From Candidatus Omnitrophota bacterium (GTDB lineage Bacteria > Omnitrophota > Gorgyraeia > Zapsychrales > JAKLDJ01): a stretch of 64,000 nucleotides of DNA. The stretch covers positions 14,250 to 78,249 of the forward strand of contig JAKLDJ010000003.1 in assembly GCA_022703585.1 (NCBI GenBank). The letters are read 5' to 3'. The position numbers were made by a program, and so were the translations under genes. Position 1 is the stretch's first letter. The number at the start of each line of letters is the position of its first letter. This document shows positions 37,168 through 47,046 of this stretch, piece after piece. The notes below the pieces were generated by a model. That model did no database searches and had not been told where the DNA came from. It worked only from the letters and a program-made list of their open reading frames with translations.

Positions 37168-38280
37168 ATGCGCATTGCTATTAACTGCCGTTCTTTTTTA
37201 AAGCAGCATTATGCAGGCATCGGCCGTTATGGCTACAATCTTGTCAAGAATTTAGCCGCAATAGACCGCGAAAATCAGTATCTTCTTTATGTCAAGAAAA
37301 GACTTTTTGACTCTCGGCGGGTCACGCCGCATTTTGACGCCGGGAATTTCTCTGTTAAAAGAGATTTCTTTAACCGCGGCCTCGCCAGGACGCTGGGTGC
37401 GGTTGACATCTACCATTCGCTTAGCCCTGATTTTTTAGACATTGATTGCGAAAGAATTATTGTCACTATTCACGACCTGATCTATAAGGCTTATCCGCAA
37501 GGGCACACACAGGAAACGCTGGATTTAAGCGAGCGCTATTTTCAGGATATTCTTCAAAAAGCCAAGAAAATCATATGCCCTTCGCAGCATACGCTCGATG
37601 ATTTTCTTAAATATTTTCCGGTGGACCGTAATAAGGTGTGCCGAATTTATTCGGGGGTCGACAAAAACGAATTCTATCCTCTTGAGCCCCAGGAACGTGT
37701 CATTGCCGAGAAGGTTATTGCCGCCAAAGGGATCAAGGAGCCGTTCATTCTTTTTGTAGGGACTATTGAGCCACGAAAGAATCTTAAGAATTTAGTGCAC
37801 GCGTATATTCAGCTAAGGAAAAGAAAACAATTTTACGGAAAATTAGTTGTTGTCGGCATGAAAGGCTGGATGAACGATGAAGCTTCTGATCTGATCGAGC
37901 AGGGCGGCTTTAAAAATGATATTATCCTTTTGGGATATTTGACGAATCAGGAGCTATGCTATTGCTACAATCTTGCCGAAGTTTTTGTGTTTCCTTCGTT
38001 TTATGAGGGGTTTGGTTTTCCTATTTTGGAAGCGTTTAGCTGCGGGGCGGCGGTGGTTACCTCCAATCGTTCCTCCTGCGGAGAGATTGCCGGTAACGGT
38101 GCCGCCATTATTAATCCCGATGATCCGGCGATGATAGCGGATATGGTAGCACGTATGATCAATGATAAGCATTTTAAAGAGGACTTCAGGCAAAAGGGTT
38201 TAAAACGCGCCGAAGAATTTTCATTTTTAAAAACCGCCCGGGAAACGCTTCGCGTGTATGAAGAGATTTACCGTAGTTAA
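37168..38280 (+). CDS. Glycosyltransferase family 4 (GT-B)
   Basis: C-terminal EGFGFPILEAFSCGAAVVTS motif. Confidence 0.8.
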   Translation: MRIAINCRSFLKQHYAGIGRYGYNLVKNLAAIDRENQYLLYVKKRLFDSRRVTPHFDAGNFSVKRDFFNRGLARTLGAVDIYHSLSPDFLDIDCERIIVTIHDLIYKAYPQGHTQETLDLSERYFQDILQKAKKIICPSQHTLDDFLKYFPVDRNKVCRIYSGVDKNEFYPLEPQERVIAEKVIAAKGIKEPFILFVGTIEPRKNLKNLVHAYIQLRKRKQFYGKLVVVGMKGWMNDEASDLIEQGGFKNDIILLGYLTNQELCYCYNLAEVFVFPSFYEGFGFPILEAFSCGAAVVTSNRSSCGEIAGNGAAIINPDDPAMIADMVARMINDKHFKEDFRQKGLKRAEEFSFLKTARETLRVYEEIYRS

Positions 38281-38292
38281 GGATTTGGACCG

Positions 38293-39138
38293 ATGAAAGT
38301 CAGCGGATTTACCATTGTACGTAATGCCGTCAAATACAACTATCCGGTTGTTGAGTCTATAAAATCTATTTTACCGATTTGCGATGAATTTATCGTTAAT
38401 GTCGGCGACAGTGAAGACGAGACGCTTTCTCTAATCCGGTCTTTAAACAGCCCCAAAGTCCGCATGATCCAAAGGCGATGGGATATGAGCCGCCGGCCTG
38501 AAGTTTTATCGATAGAAACGAATCAGGCGCTTAAAGAATGCAAAGGCGACTGGGCTTTTTATCTGCAGTCCGATGAAATGATTCATGAAGATGATTTGCC
38601 GAAGCTAAAAAAATGCATGACGCGTTATTGGCAGGATGCCAGCGTCGATGCCCTGCGCTTTAGATGGCTTCACTTTTACGGGAGTTTTTGGCGTTACCGT
38701 ATCGATGCCGGCTGGTATCAAAAGCAGGACCGGATTATCCGCAATAACGGCAAGATCGAGTCCTGCGGCGATGCTTTTTCTTTTCGCCGTGTGGATGGCA
38801 AGCCCTTACGCTCGAAGGCGTCGGGGTGTTTTTTGTATCATTACGGCTGGGTTCAGCCCGGCGAGGTCATGCGCCAGCGGCGGCGTAATGCTGAAAGTAT
38901 CGGGTTTGTCAAGCTGGACGCGCAAGAAAAAGAGGAGAGTTATTCTTTCGGAGATTTAAACCGGTTTCCGGCGTATTTTGGCAGTCACCCCAAGGTTATG
39001 AAGGAATATATCGCCGGGCATGCGTTAAGCAGCGAAGACGAGAAAACGATTAACAGGAAATATTGGTTTCATCCGGCTAAAATTCTTAAGTTGAGATTCA
39101 AGACATCAAAACGGATTAAAGAAAAGATTTCCGATTAA
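38293..39138 (+). CDS. Hypothetical protein, possible GT-A-like glycosyltransferase (Glyco_tranf_2_4-like N-terminus)
   Basis: FTIVRNAVKYNYPVVESIKSILPICDEFIVNVGDSED resembles GT2_4 family starts. Weak call. Confidence 0.35.
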   Translation: MKVSGFTIVRNAVKYNYPVVESIKSILPICDEFIVNVGDSEDETLSLIRSLNSPKVRMIQRRWDMSRRPEVLSIETNQALKECKGDWAFYLQSDEMIHEDDLPKLKKCMTRYWQDASVDALRFRWLHFYGSFWRYRIDAGWYQKQDRIIRNNGKIESCGDAFSFRRVDGKPLRSKASGCFLYHYGWVQPGEVMRQRRRNAESIGFVKLDAQEKEESYSFGDLNRFPAYFGSHPKVMKEYIAGHALSSEDEKTINRKYWFHPAKILKLRFKTSKRIKEKISD

Positions 39139-39162
39139 AGCCCCGAAGGGGCAACGAGCGCT

Positions 39163-39885
39163 ATGAAATCAAACGTCTTAAAAAAACGGACTGAAAAATT
39201 CCGCGGCTTCTTGAATCTTTTGTATTCAGGGGCTTTTTTGCGCTTTACCAGGCTTAATCGGAATCGCTTATTACGCCAGACTCGAACGCTGGGAATTGAC
39301 CGGCTTCATATCGGTTGCGGCAATATTTTGCTTGAAGGCTGGCTGAATATTACTTACGAGATGCGCGAGAAATACGGGGAAATCAAAGAAAGAAACGGCC
39401 GGTGGTGGCTTAATTACGATGTCCGCAAACAATTGCCTTTTGATGATAACACGATCCAATACATCGCCGGGAGCCATTTTATCGAACATCTGGATTTAAA
39501 CGAAGGCATGGATTTCTTTAAGGAAGCCTTTCGGGTTATGAAAAAAGGCGGCGTTATCCGGGTGAGCTGCCCTGACTTGGAGATTTATGCGCGTCATTAT
39601 GTTTCCGGAAATAAGGAATTCTTTGAGAATCCCTTTATCCGCCAGGCCTGCACGTTTAAGAATGCCGTAACAAACGGAGAAATTTTTGCCGCGAAGGCAT
39701 ACGATAGCGGCGGGGCCCACAAATGGTTTTATGATTTTAATTCATTGAAGCATGTTCTGGAGTTGGCCGGATTTCATCAGGTAAAAAAAGTCGGCCGCCT
39801 GCAAGGGCAGGTCCCCGACGTGCAAAGAATCGAACCGGCCGAGCGGGAGATTGAAACATCTTACGCCGAGGCCGTCAAGCCCTAG
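39163..39885 (+). CDS. Class I SAM-dependent methyltransferase
   Basis: Methyltransferase fold motifs (HIGCGN..., MKKGGVIRVSCPDLE). Confidence 0.65.
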   Translation: MKSNVLKKRTEKFRGFLNLLYSGAFLRFTRLNRNRLLRQTRTLGIDRLHIGCGNILLEGWLNITYEMREKYGEIKERNGRWWLNYDVRKQLPFDDNTIQYIAGSHFIEHLDLNEGMDFFKEAFRVMKKGGVIRVSCPDLEIYARHYVSGNKEFFENPFIRQACTFKNAVTNGEIFAAKAYDSGGAHKWFYDFNSLKHVLELAGFHQVKKVGRLQGQVPDVQRIEPAEREIETSYAEAVKP

Positions 39886-39999
39886 GCTTTCTTTGAGGCT
39901 CGGGAGTTCAACAGAAGGAATGATCAAGGGCCGAGATGTTTTCGATCGATAGGTTTCCGAAACTCGGTGTTGCGCATTCGATAACAATAGGAGGGGGCA

Positions 40000-40821
40000 T
40001 TGATTGAAGCGTTCAGAAAATCATGGTGGATTGCTAAAAAGAGTGCCAATTTACTGATTGTCAGCATCCGGGTGTTTGTCTACTGCTTGATCCACCCCAA
40101 GAAGCTCTTTGAATTTACATTTTCTATTTTTTCAACCATAAACAAATTCTATCAATCTTCGCATGGCCGCCTGCTGGATTTCAAGACAACAAAAATATTT
40201 CAGGATCTTAATAAAAATCCTGTTTTTGCGCGTTGTAACTTTTTTCTAGCTGATTCGACAGTCACCCATCTCGCCGAGATACACATCTTAGCCACGTTGA
40301 CATGCTACCTGAAACCTAAAAGAATTTTTGAAATCGGGACTTACAACGGATTTACAACCCTGCATTTTGCCTACAACAGCCCGGGGGATTGCACGATTTA
40401 TACGTTAGATTTACCGCCGCATTACGATACCGAATATAAAAATAAGTCTTCTGAATATTCTTATGATGATTGGTTGGTCGTGCAGCTTAGCATGGACCAT
40501 ATTGCCAAAAGAATATTCAAGGGGGATCCTAATGCCGCAAAAATAAAAGAGCTTTTTGGGGATTCGGCAACTTTTGATTTCTCGCCATATTACGGGAAGA
40601 TCGACCTGATCTTTATTGACGGTAGCCATTCCTATCCGTACATTAAATCAGATACAGAAAATGCATTTAAAATGCTCTCGGATACCGGCATTATTGTCTG
40701 GCATGATTTTGATTATGTGATCCATAAGGATGTTTTTCGATATTTAAATGAGCTGTCAAAGGAGCGTAAGATTTATTCGATAGCGAATACGCGATTTGCC
40801 GTTTTCGGAAACTCTCTGTAG
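40000..40821 (+). CDS. Class I SAM-dependent methyltransferase (O-methyltransferase family 3/TylF-like)
   Basis: RIFEIGTYNGFTTLHFA and IDLIFIDGSHSYPYIKSDTENAFKMLSDTGIIVWHD motifs. Confidence 0.7.
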   Translation: MIEAFRKSWWIAKKSANLLIVSIRVFVYCLIHPKKLFEFTFSIFSTINKFYQSSHGRLLDFKTTKIFQDLNKNPVFARCNFFLADSTVTHLAEIHILATLTCYLKPKRIFEIGTYNGFTTLHFAYNSPGDCTIYTLDLPPHYDTEYKNKSSEYSYDDWLVVQLSMDHIAKRIFKGDPNAAKIKELFGDSATFDFSPYYGKIDLIFIDGSHSYPYIKSDTENAFKMLSDTGIIVWHDFDYVIHKDVFRYLNELSKERKIYSIANTRFAVFGNSL

Positions 40822-40836
40822 AAATTATCCTGCGCC

Positions 40837-42591
40837 ATGATCAAAAAAATACTGATGAGTTGGAACAATTTCTTTTCGTCTTTATCCAATAAGCCGAGCC
40901 TGTGGGATGCGTTTGTTCTGTCTTTCTTCGTTATTCTTGTCACCTGGCATCCTTTTTATTTGCATGGCCGGATTAACATCTTTGAGAATGGGCTGTATTT
41001 GCCCGGCATTGATGCGATTTTGCGCGGCCAAGTCCCCTACAGGGACTTTTTTTATTTACGCGGGCCTTTTGAGATATATGTTCCGGCGGGGTTGATGGCG
41101 ATTTTTGGGACACATCTGGGAGTCCTCTCAACCTATTTCTATGTCGGTACGGTTTTAACCCTGATCCTTTGCGTCTTTTTGGCAAAGGAACTTTATGCGA
41201 CGCGCTTGTTCCTTTATGTGGCAGTTCCTGTCTTGGCGGCCAGGACGTTTCCCCGGGTTGTTTTTACATATTGGGGCGGGATGCGGTTTGTTCTCGGATT
41301 ATTGGCCGTATGGTGCGCGGTTAAATTCTTTAAAAGCCAAAAGCTCCGGTGGCTGTTCTTCGCCGGATGCGTTACTTCCTGCGCCCTATTGACGAGTGTT
41401 GATATCGGTGTTTGTGCGGCTGCCGGGGTTATGGCAGCACTGTTACTTTCGCTCATATTCCGGCCTCGAGAGCAGCGCTCGGCTCTTAAGCCGCTTGCCA
41501 TATTTATATTGGGCATATTGTTCGTTGCGATTCCTTGCGGTGTTTATTTGATTGCGGCGGGGTCATTTTTTAACTATGTCGATACAACCCTTACGGTTGT
41601 TTCGGGTATTCCGAAAATCTTAAATCCTGAACTCCTGCCGGTTGCACCTCGCAATTTTACTGAAGTGTTTTGGGCGATGGTCAACCCGTCCAATAAGAAT
41701 TTTCGGCATATGACGCCGGTGTATTTTTATTTACTGATAATCATTTATATGATTTTTCAGATAAAAAACCGTAAGCTAACCTCAAAAAGCTTAATCATTG
41801 CTTGTCTTGCTGTTTACGGAATAGTTCTTTATAAGTCTTCGTTTTATGCCATTTGGGGGTCTAAGTTCGAAATGGCGCTCCAACCGGAGAAGATTTTATT
41901 GTTTTTTATCTTCGAGAGAATCTATTTTCTCTTAAAGGAAAGAAAGCAGGTGGCTGTCCCCGGATCCGCCTTTTTAAAGGCGCCGCAGGCAGATGCCGGC
42001 CGCCTGAGAACGCGCCTGGTTAATACCGCTCTCGTTTTTTTTATTATCTTTTCTTTGGGGTATTCCATAAACCATTACACAAAGCGGTTTTTTGTTTTTA
42101 GGTGGATTAAAAATGTTCTGTCGCATAAAGATACTTCCGGCCTGCTGCCTTTTAAGAAAGATGATGCCCGGCCGTTACGAATCGAACGCGCCAAAGGGAT
42201 TATCGTTCCTGTTTTGCAGGCGGATGAATTGGAGGCAGTGGTTGATTTTATTCAAAAGAATACAGGGAACAGTGAAGTTGTCTTTATGTACCAGGAATTA
42301 GGGGCGTACAGTTTCTTTGTTGATCGGCCTTTCTTAGGGCGGTTTCCCGGCGCCGATTTTTCCTGGTATAAGGAAAAATGGCACAAGGAGTTTATCGCAG
42401 ATTTTAAGCGCGTAAAACCAAAATATATTGTGATATCCCGCGAAATACCTTTAAGCTGGAAGGAGATCTTTTTTACTCTTTCGGAGAATAAAAAGAAGTT
42501 TGACGAAGTCATGGATATCATCAAATCGGATTATGCATTGGTGCATACGACACCCCTGTCCTATATTTACGAAATACGAAAGCCACGATGA
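40837..42591 (+). CDS. Large polytopic membrane protein with C-terminal soluble domain (candidate glycan polymerase or GT-C transferase)
   Basis: About 12 hydrophobic helices in the first 400 aa, then a hydrophilic tail. No recognisable catalytic motif. Confidence 0.4.
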   Translation: MIKKILMSWNNFFSSLSNKPSLWDAFVLSFFVILVTWHPFYLHGRINIFENGLYLPGIDAILRGQVPYRDFFYLRGPFEIYVPAGLMAIFGTHLGVLSTYFYVGTVLTLILCVFLAKELYATRLFLYVAVPVLAARTFPRVVFTYWGGMRFVLGLLAVWCAVKFFKSQKLRWLFFAGCVTSCALLTSVDIGVCAAAGVMAALLLSLIFRPREQRSALKPLAIFILGILFVAIPCGVYLIAAGSFFNYVDTTLTVVSGIPKILNPELLPVAPRNFTEVFWAMVNPSNKNFRHMTPVYFYLLIIIYMIFQIKNRKLTSKSLIIACLAVYGIVLYKSSFYAIWGSKFEMALQPEKILLFFIFERIYFLLKERKQVAVPGSAFLKAPQADAGRLRTRLVNTALVFFIIFSLGYSINHYTKRFFVFRWIKNVLSHKDTSGLLPFKKDDARPLRIERAKGIIVPVLQADELEAVVDFIQKNTGNSEVVFMYQELGAYSFFVDRPFLGRFPGADFSWYKEKWHKEFIADFKRVKPKYIVISREIPLSWKEIFFTLSENKKKFDEVMDIIKSDYALVHTTPLSYIYEIRKPR

Positions 42592-44024
42592 AAATTTCCC
42601 TGATATTCCCATGCTGGACACATGTCTTTGAATCGCTGTCAGAGGTAGCCAATAGTGCTTCAACCTTTCCGCCGCTCAATTTGGCCTACTTGGCTGCTAT
42701 CGCCGAAGAAAACGGGCATACGGTGCAGTTGATTGACGGCGAGGCGGAGCATCTGACCGTTGCTGAAGTGACGGCGCGGGTCAAAGAATTTTCTCCGGAT
42801 CTGATCGGCATGACCGCCACCACTCCGCTTTTTCACAATGTCGTAGCCCAGGCCGAGGCCCTGAAGGCGGCGCTGAGTGTTCCCATTATTGTTGGAGGGC
42901 CGCATGTTACTTATTTTAAAGAGAAGGTTTTCCGTGATCTGTTTGATTATTTTGTCATCGGACAGTGCGAGGGAACCTTTGCTTCTTTTCTGGAGGCGTT
43001 TGCGTCGAAGCAAGATATTTCAAGAATTCCCGGAATTTTATACAGGAAGAATGGGGGAATCCTATTTACGGGAGAAAATCCGCAAATTGTGAATCTTGAT
43101 GAAGTCCCGGTTCCCGCGCGCTGGCTTCTGAAAAAAGATTTATACCAGTTGGGGACATTGCGCGGCAAGAAAGTATATACGTCCATCATGACGTCGCGCG
43201 GATGCCCGTTTAAATGCGTTTTTTGCAGCACATCAATTTACGGAAAACACATCCGCAGAAGATCAATCGATAATACCATTAGCGAAATGAGGCACATTAC
43301 GGATGAGCTGGGTATCGGTCATTTGTTTGTCCTTGACGAGACGATGACCCTTGACCGCAAGTACATGCTGGCTCTCTGCGACGCCATCAAAAAGAATAAT
43401 ATAAAAATGACATGGGAATGCGGCACACGGGCAAACTTAATCGACGAAGAACTGATCGCCCGAATGGTGGAAAGCGGCTTAATCAGGATTTCTTTTGGGC
43501 TCGAGAGCGCTGATTTAAGAGTCCGCGATATTATTAAGAAAGAAGTACCGCTGGAAAGTTACGAAGCCGCGAATAAAATAACAAACAAATACGGGGTGGA
43601 AACCATTAACTCCGTGATGCTGGGTTTACCCGGCGATACACATGAGAGCATAGAAAAAACAATCACTTTTGTGCGTGATTCGCGCGTCATAGAACATGCA
43701 ACGTTTGGCATTGCGATACCCTATCCCGGTTCGGAGATGTATGATATGGCAGTGCGAGGGGATCATGGGCTTAAACTTGAGACGCAGGATTTTTCCCGGT
43801 ACCAGCGTTACGGTTCGGCAGTCATGAGCGTCAACGGTATTTCTCCCCAGGAATTGATAAGCCTTCAGAAAAAGGGTTTGATGCGGATCTACTTTGTTCC
43901 CTGGCGCATTATCCCGGTTATTAAAAGGTTTGGTGTCAGGCGCTTGATGAAACCTTTTTTTACTTCTCTGTGGTCGATTATTCGCGAAAAATTATCGTTG
44001 CCGTCTCGACAGAAGAAGTCATAA
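42588..44024 (+). CDS. B12-binding domain radical SAM enzyme (second copy)
   Basis: Radical SAM motif SRGCPFKCVFC. N-terminal B12-binding-like Rossmann region. Confidence 0.8.
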   Translation: MKISLIFPCWTHVFESLSEVANSASTFPPLNLAYLAAIAEENGHTVQLIDGEAEHLTVAEVTARVKEFSPDLIGMTATTPLFHNVVAQAEALKAALSVPIIVGGPHVTYFKEKVFRDLFDYFVIGQCEGTFASFLEAFASKQDISRIPGILYRKNGGILFTGENPQIVNLDEVPVPARWLLKKDLYQLGTLRGKKVYTSIMTSRGCPFKCVFCSTSIYGKHIRRRSIDNTISEMRHITDELGIGHLFVLDETMTLDRKYMLALCDAIKKNNIKMTWECGTRANLIDEELIARMVESGLIRISFGLESADLRVRDIIKKEVPLESYEAANKITNKYGVETINSVMLGLPGDTHESIEKTITFVRDSRVIEHATFGIAIPYPGSEMYDMAVRGDHGLKLETQDFSRYQRYGSAVMSVNGISPQELISLQKKGLMRIYFVPWRIIPVIKRFGVRRLMKPFFTSLWSIIREKLSLPSRQKKS

Positions 44025-44095
44025 GCCAGGAAAAAAAGGGCAGCTGAAAAACTTAATCGCAACAACAATATTACCGGATCACCCAATTTTCGTTT

Positions 44096-45160
44096 ATGTT
44101 TAAGAAAATCTTGATTGTTAACATTTTTGGCATCGGCGACGTCCTTTTTACCACGCCGCTTGTCAGCAATATCAAAAGTAATTTTACCGATGTTTTTATC
44201 GGCTATGTCTGTAACGCCAGGGCGGCGGCGGTTTTGGCGGATAATCCCAAGATTGATAAGATTTTTATTTACGAGAGGGATGAATTTAACACGCTTTACA
44301 AGAAGTCAGGCATTCAGTTTCTAAAAAAGATGAATTCTCTTTTAAGCGCGATAAGAAACGAAGGTTTCGATGTAGGCTTAGATTTATCATTAAACGGTAA
44401 TGTCAGTTTTTTGATGGCGTTGGCCGGCATCAAACGCAGGATAGGGTTTAATTATAAAAACCGCAGTCTTTGGCTCACGGAAAAGGTTAATCTGGACGGC
44501 TATGCCCGAAAACATGTCGTGGAGTACTACCTGGAGCTGTTAGCGCGATTGGGTGTGCCGGCTGATCAGAACCGGATCGAACTGTTTTCTTCGCGGGATG
44601 ATTGCGCGTGGGCGGAACAATTTTTTTCTGATCATAAAATAAGCCCCAAAGATTTTCCCGTTTGTATTATTCCCGGGGGCGGGGCGAGCTGGGGAAAGGA
44701 CGCTGGCTACAAACGCTGGCCGGAGAAACAATTCGCACTTTTAGCCGATAAAATGGTTGAAAAATTTTCCGCAAAAGTTATACTGTTGGGAGATCAAAAC
44801 GAAAAAGAGCTCTGCCGGGCAGTGAAAGAAGCCATGAAGTCCGATTGCCTCGATATTGCCGGCGAAACGACGATTCCGCAGATGGCGGCGCTCCTGGCAA
44901 AATGCAAATTGGCGATTGCTAATGACGGCGGCCCTCTGCATGTGGCGGTTGCCGTGGGCACCAAGACAGTATCGATCTTCGGGCCGGTCGATGAATATGT
45001 CTACGGTCCGTATCCCAAAGATAATCATACGGTGATTCAAAAAGATATTGCCTGCCGGCCGTGTTACCGGCGTTTTCGTTTGGCGGATTGCCAGCACCAT
45101 CATTGTATTAATTCACTCGGCGTTCATGAAGTCTTTGAGAAAATAAAGGAGAGTCTATGA
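44096..45160 (+). CDS. Glycosyltransferase family 9 (ADP-heptose:LPS heptosyltransferase-like)
   Basis: N-terminal LIVNIFGIGDVLFTTPLVSNIK and C-terminal ANDGGPLHVAVAVGTKTVSIFGP, typical of GT9. Confidence 0.8.
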   Translation: MFKKILIVNIFGIGDVLFTTPLVSNIKSNFTDVFIGYVCNARAAAVLADNPKIDKIFIYERDEFNTLYKKSGIQFLKKMNSLLSAIRNEGFDVGLDLSLNGNVSFLMALAGIKRRIGFNYKNRSLWLTEKVNLDGYARKHVVEYYLELLARLGVPADQNRIELFSSRDDCAWAEQFFSDHKISPKDFPVCIIPGGGASWGKDAGYKRWPEKQFALLADKMVEKFSAKVILLGDQNEKELCRAVKEAMKSDCLDIAGETTIPQMAALLAKCKLAIANDGGPLHVAVAVGTKTVSIFGPVDEYVYGPYPKDNHTVIQKDIACRPCYRRFRLADCQHHHCINSLGVHEVFEKIKESL

Positions 45161-46269
45161 AGGTAACGTTTATCGATTTTACCAAACAAAATAAAGATAT
45201 CGAAAAGGAAGTTGAAAAGGGTTTTAAGCAGGTTATTAAAGATGCGAGTTTCATTTTAGGCAAAGACGTTGCCCGGTTCGAAAAAGAATTTTCCCAATAC
45301 TGCGGCGTCTCTTACGGCATCGGGGTTAATTCGGGGACGGACGCGTTGCACTTAGCGGTCAGGGCCCTGGATATCGGCCCCGGGGATGAGGTTATTTTAC
45401 CGTCGTTCACTTTTATTGCGACAGCCTTAGCGGTTTCGTATACGGGAGCCAAAACAGTTTTTGCGGATATTGCCGAGGATACCTACAATATTGATCCGCA
45501 AAAAATCGAAAAACTTATTACCAAGAAAACAAAAGCTATTATCGCGGTGCATCTCTACGGCCAGTCGGCGGATATGGAAGAAATACAAAAAATTGCCAAG
45601 AAATATAATCTAAAGATTATTGAAGATTCGGCCCAGGCCCACGGCGCTCTTTACCGGGGCAAGAAAATCGGTTCTTCCGGTGACGTTGCCTGTTTCAGCT
45701 TTTACCCGACCAAGGGGCTCGGTGCCTACGGAGACGGGGGGATGGTTATTACCCAGGACAAGTCGATTTACGAAAAAGTGCTTATGCTGCGCGATTACGG
45801 CCGTGTGGGGCGTTACAATCATGTCGTCAAAGGCTACAATTCGCGCCTGGATACTTTACAGGCTATTGTCTTATCCGCTAAATTAAAGCATTTGGATCAA
45901 TGGAATAAAATGCGCACCGAAGTTGCTGCCCGCTATTGCCGGATTCTTAGCGGTATCGAGGGCATCAAGGCGCCGACCATAAAGAATGACCGGACACACA
46001 CCTTCCAAACATTTGCCATTCGCGTCAAAGGCAAAAGAGATAAGGTCTGTGAGGGTTTAAAAGCGAAAGGCGTGACCTCGCTGATTCATTACCCGATTCC
46101 TTTACATCTTCAGGAAGCGTATAAGGAGTTGGGTCATAAGAAAGGTGATTTTCCTGTTTCGGAAATGGTGGCAGGCGAAATCCTTTCTCTGCCGATGTTT
46201 CCGCATATGCGTAAGAATCAAGTCGAATATGTCTGTAGCTCAATTAAGGACCTGATGAAAAATGGCTAA
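45157..46269 (+). CDS. DegT/DnrJ/EryC1/StrS family PLP-dependent sugar aminotransferase (second copy)
   Basis: VILPSFTFIATALAVSYTGAKTVFADI and Lys motif region. Confidence 0.85.
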   Translation: MKVTFIDFTKQNKDIEKEVEKGFKQVIKDASFILGKDVARFEKEFSQYCGVSYGIGVNSGTDALHLAVRALDIGPGDEVILPSFTFIATALAVSYTGAKTVFADIAEDTYNIDPQKIEKLITKKTKAIIAVHLYGQSADMEEIQKIAKKYNLKIIEDSAQAHGALYRGKKIGSSGDVACFSFYPTKGLGAYGDGGMVITQDKSIYEKVLMLRDYGRVGRYNHVVKGYNSRLDTLQAIVLSAKLKHLDQWNKMRTEVAARYCRILSGIEGIKAPTIKNDRTHTFQTFAIRVKGKRDKVCEGLKAKGVTSLIHYPIPLHLQEAYKELGHKKGDFPVSEMVAGEILSLPMFPHMRKNQVEYVCSSIKDLMKNG

Positions 46270-47029
46270 ATTACCCCTGACGGTTGTTGTCCTTACCAAA
46301 AACGAAGAGAACAATATTGAAGAATGCCTGGGAAGTGTCTACGGCTGGGCGGACGAGCTTATTGTTGTCGATGATGAAAGCAGCGACCGCACCGTCGAGT
46401 TAGCGAAGAAATTTACCGACAAGATTCTTCATCGTAAAATGGACAACGAAGGCATTCATCGTAACTGGGCATACGCGAAAGCTAAAAACGAGTGGGTCTT
46501 AAGCCTTGATGCGGATGAAATTGCCTCCGAAGAATTAAAGAAGGAAATCTCCGAAACTCTTAGCGATACGAAATTCCACGCGTTTTCCATTCCGCTGCGC
46601 AATTATATCGGAAATTACTGGGTGCAGCATGGCGGCTGGTATCCGGCCGGAAAGCTGCGCCTTTTTATTAAAAGCCGTTTTAAATATGAGGAAGTCGAGG
46701 TTCATCCCCGGGTTTTCTTAGACGGAGAAACAGGCCATTTGACCAAAGACATTATTCATAAAGGCTATCCGGATTTTGAGCATTTCTTGGCGAGTTTGAA
46801 CCGGCAGACAACGTTGGAGGCCCGTAAATGGGTTCAGACGGGCAGAACAATGTCTACCGGGCGCGCCATCTGGCGCACCTTGGACCGGTTTCCGCGCCAT
46901 TTTATCGGCAAGAAAGGCTACAAGGACGGATTCATCGGTTTTATGATCGCTTTTTTTGCTTCGCTCTACCAGATTATGAGCTACGCCAAATATTGGGAAT
47001 TAAAACACAATCAGAAGAAACAATCCTAG
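46262..47029 (+). CDS. Glycosyltransferase family 2
   Basis: LTVVVLTKNEENNIEECL...LIVVDDESSDRT. Confidence 0.8.
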   Translation: MAKLPLTVVVLTKNEENNIEECLGSVYGWADELIVVDDESSDRTVELAKKFTDKILHRKMDNEGIHRNWAYAKAKNEWVLSLDADEIASEELKKEISETLSDTKFHAFSIPLRNYIGNYWVQHGGWYPAGKLRLFIKSRFKYEEVEVHPRVFLDGETGHLTKDIIHKGYPDFEHFLASLNRQTTLEARKWVQTGRTMSTGRAIWRTLDRFPRHFIGKKGYKDGFIGFMIAFFASLYQIMSYAKYWELKHNQKKQS

Positions 47030-47046
47030 GGGTTTTCGCGAAATTT

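Noticed and set aside
46828-47046. Long 5' extension of the gmhB ORF overlapping the GT2 gene by about 200 nt
   Set aside because: The extension has no homology signal. The conserved GmhB N-terminus (MRVVFLDRDGVIN) starts at ATG 47047, right after the upstream stop.
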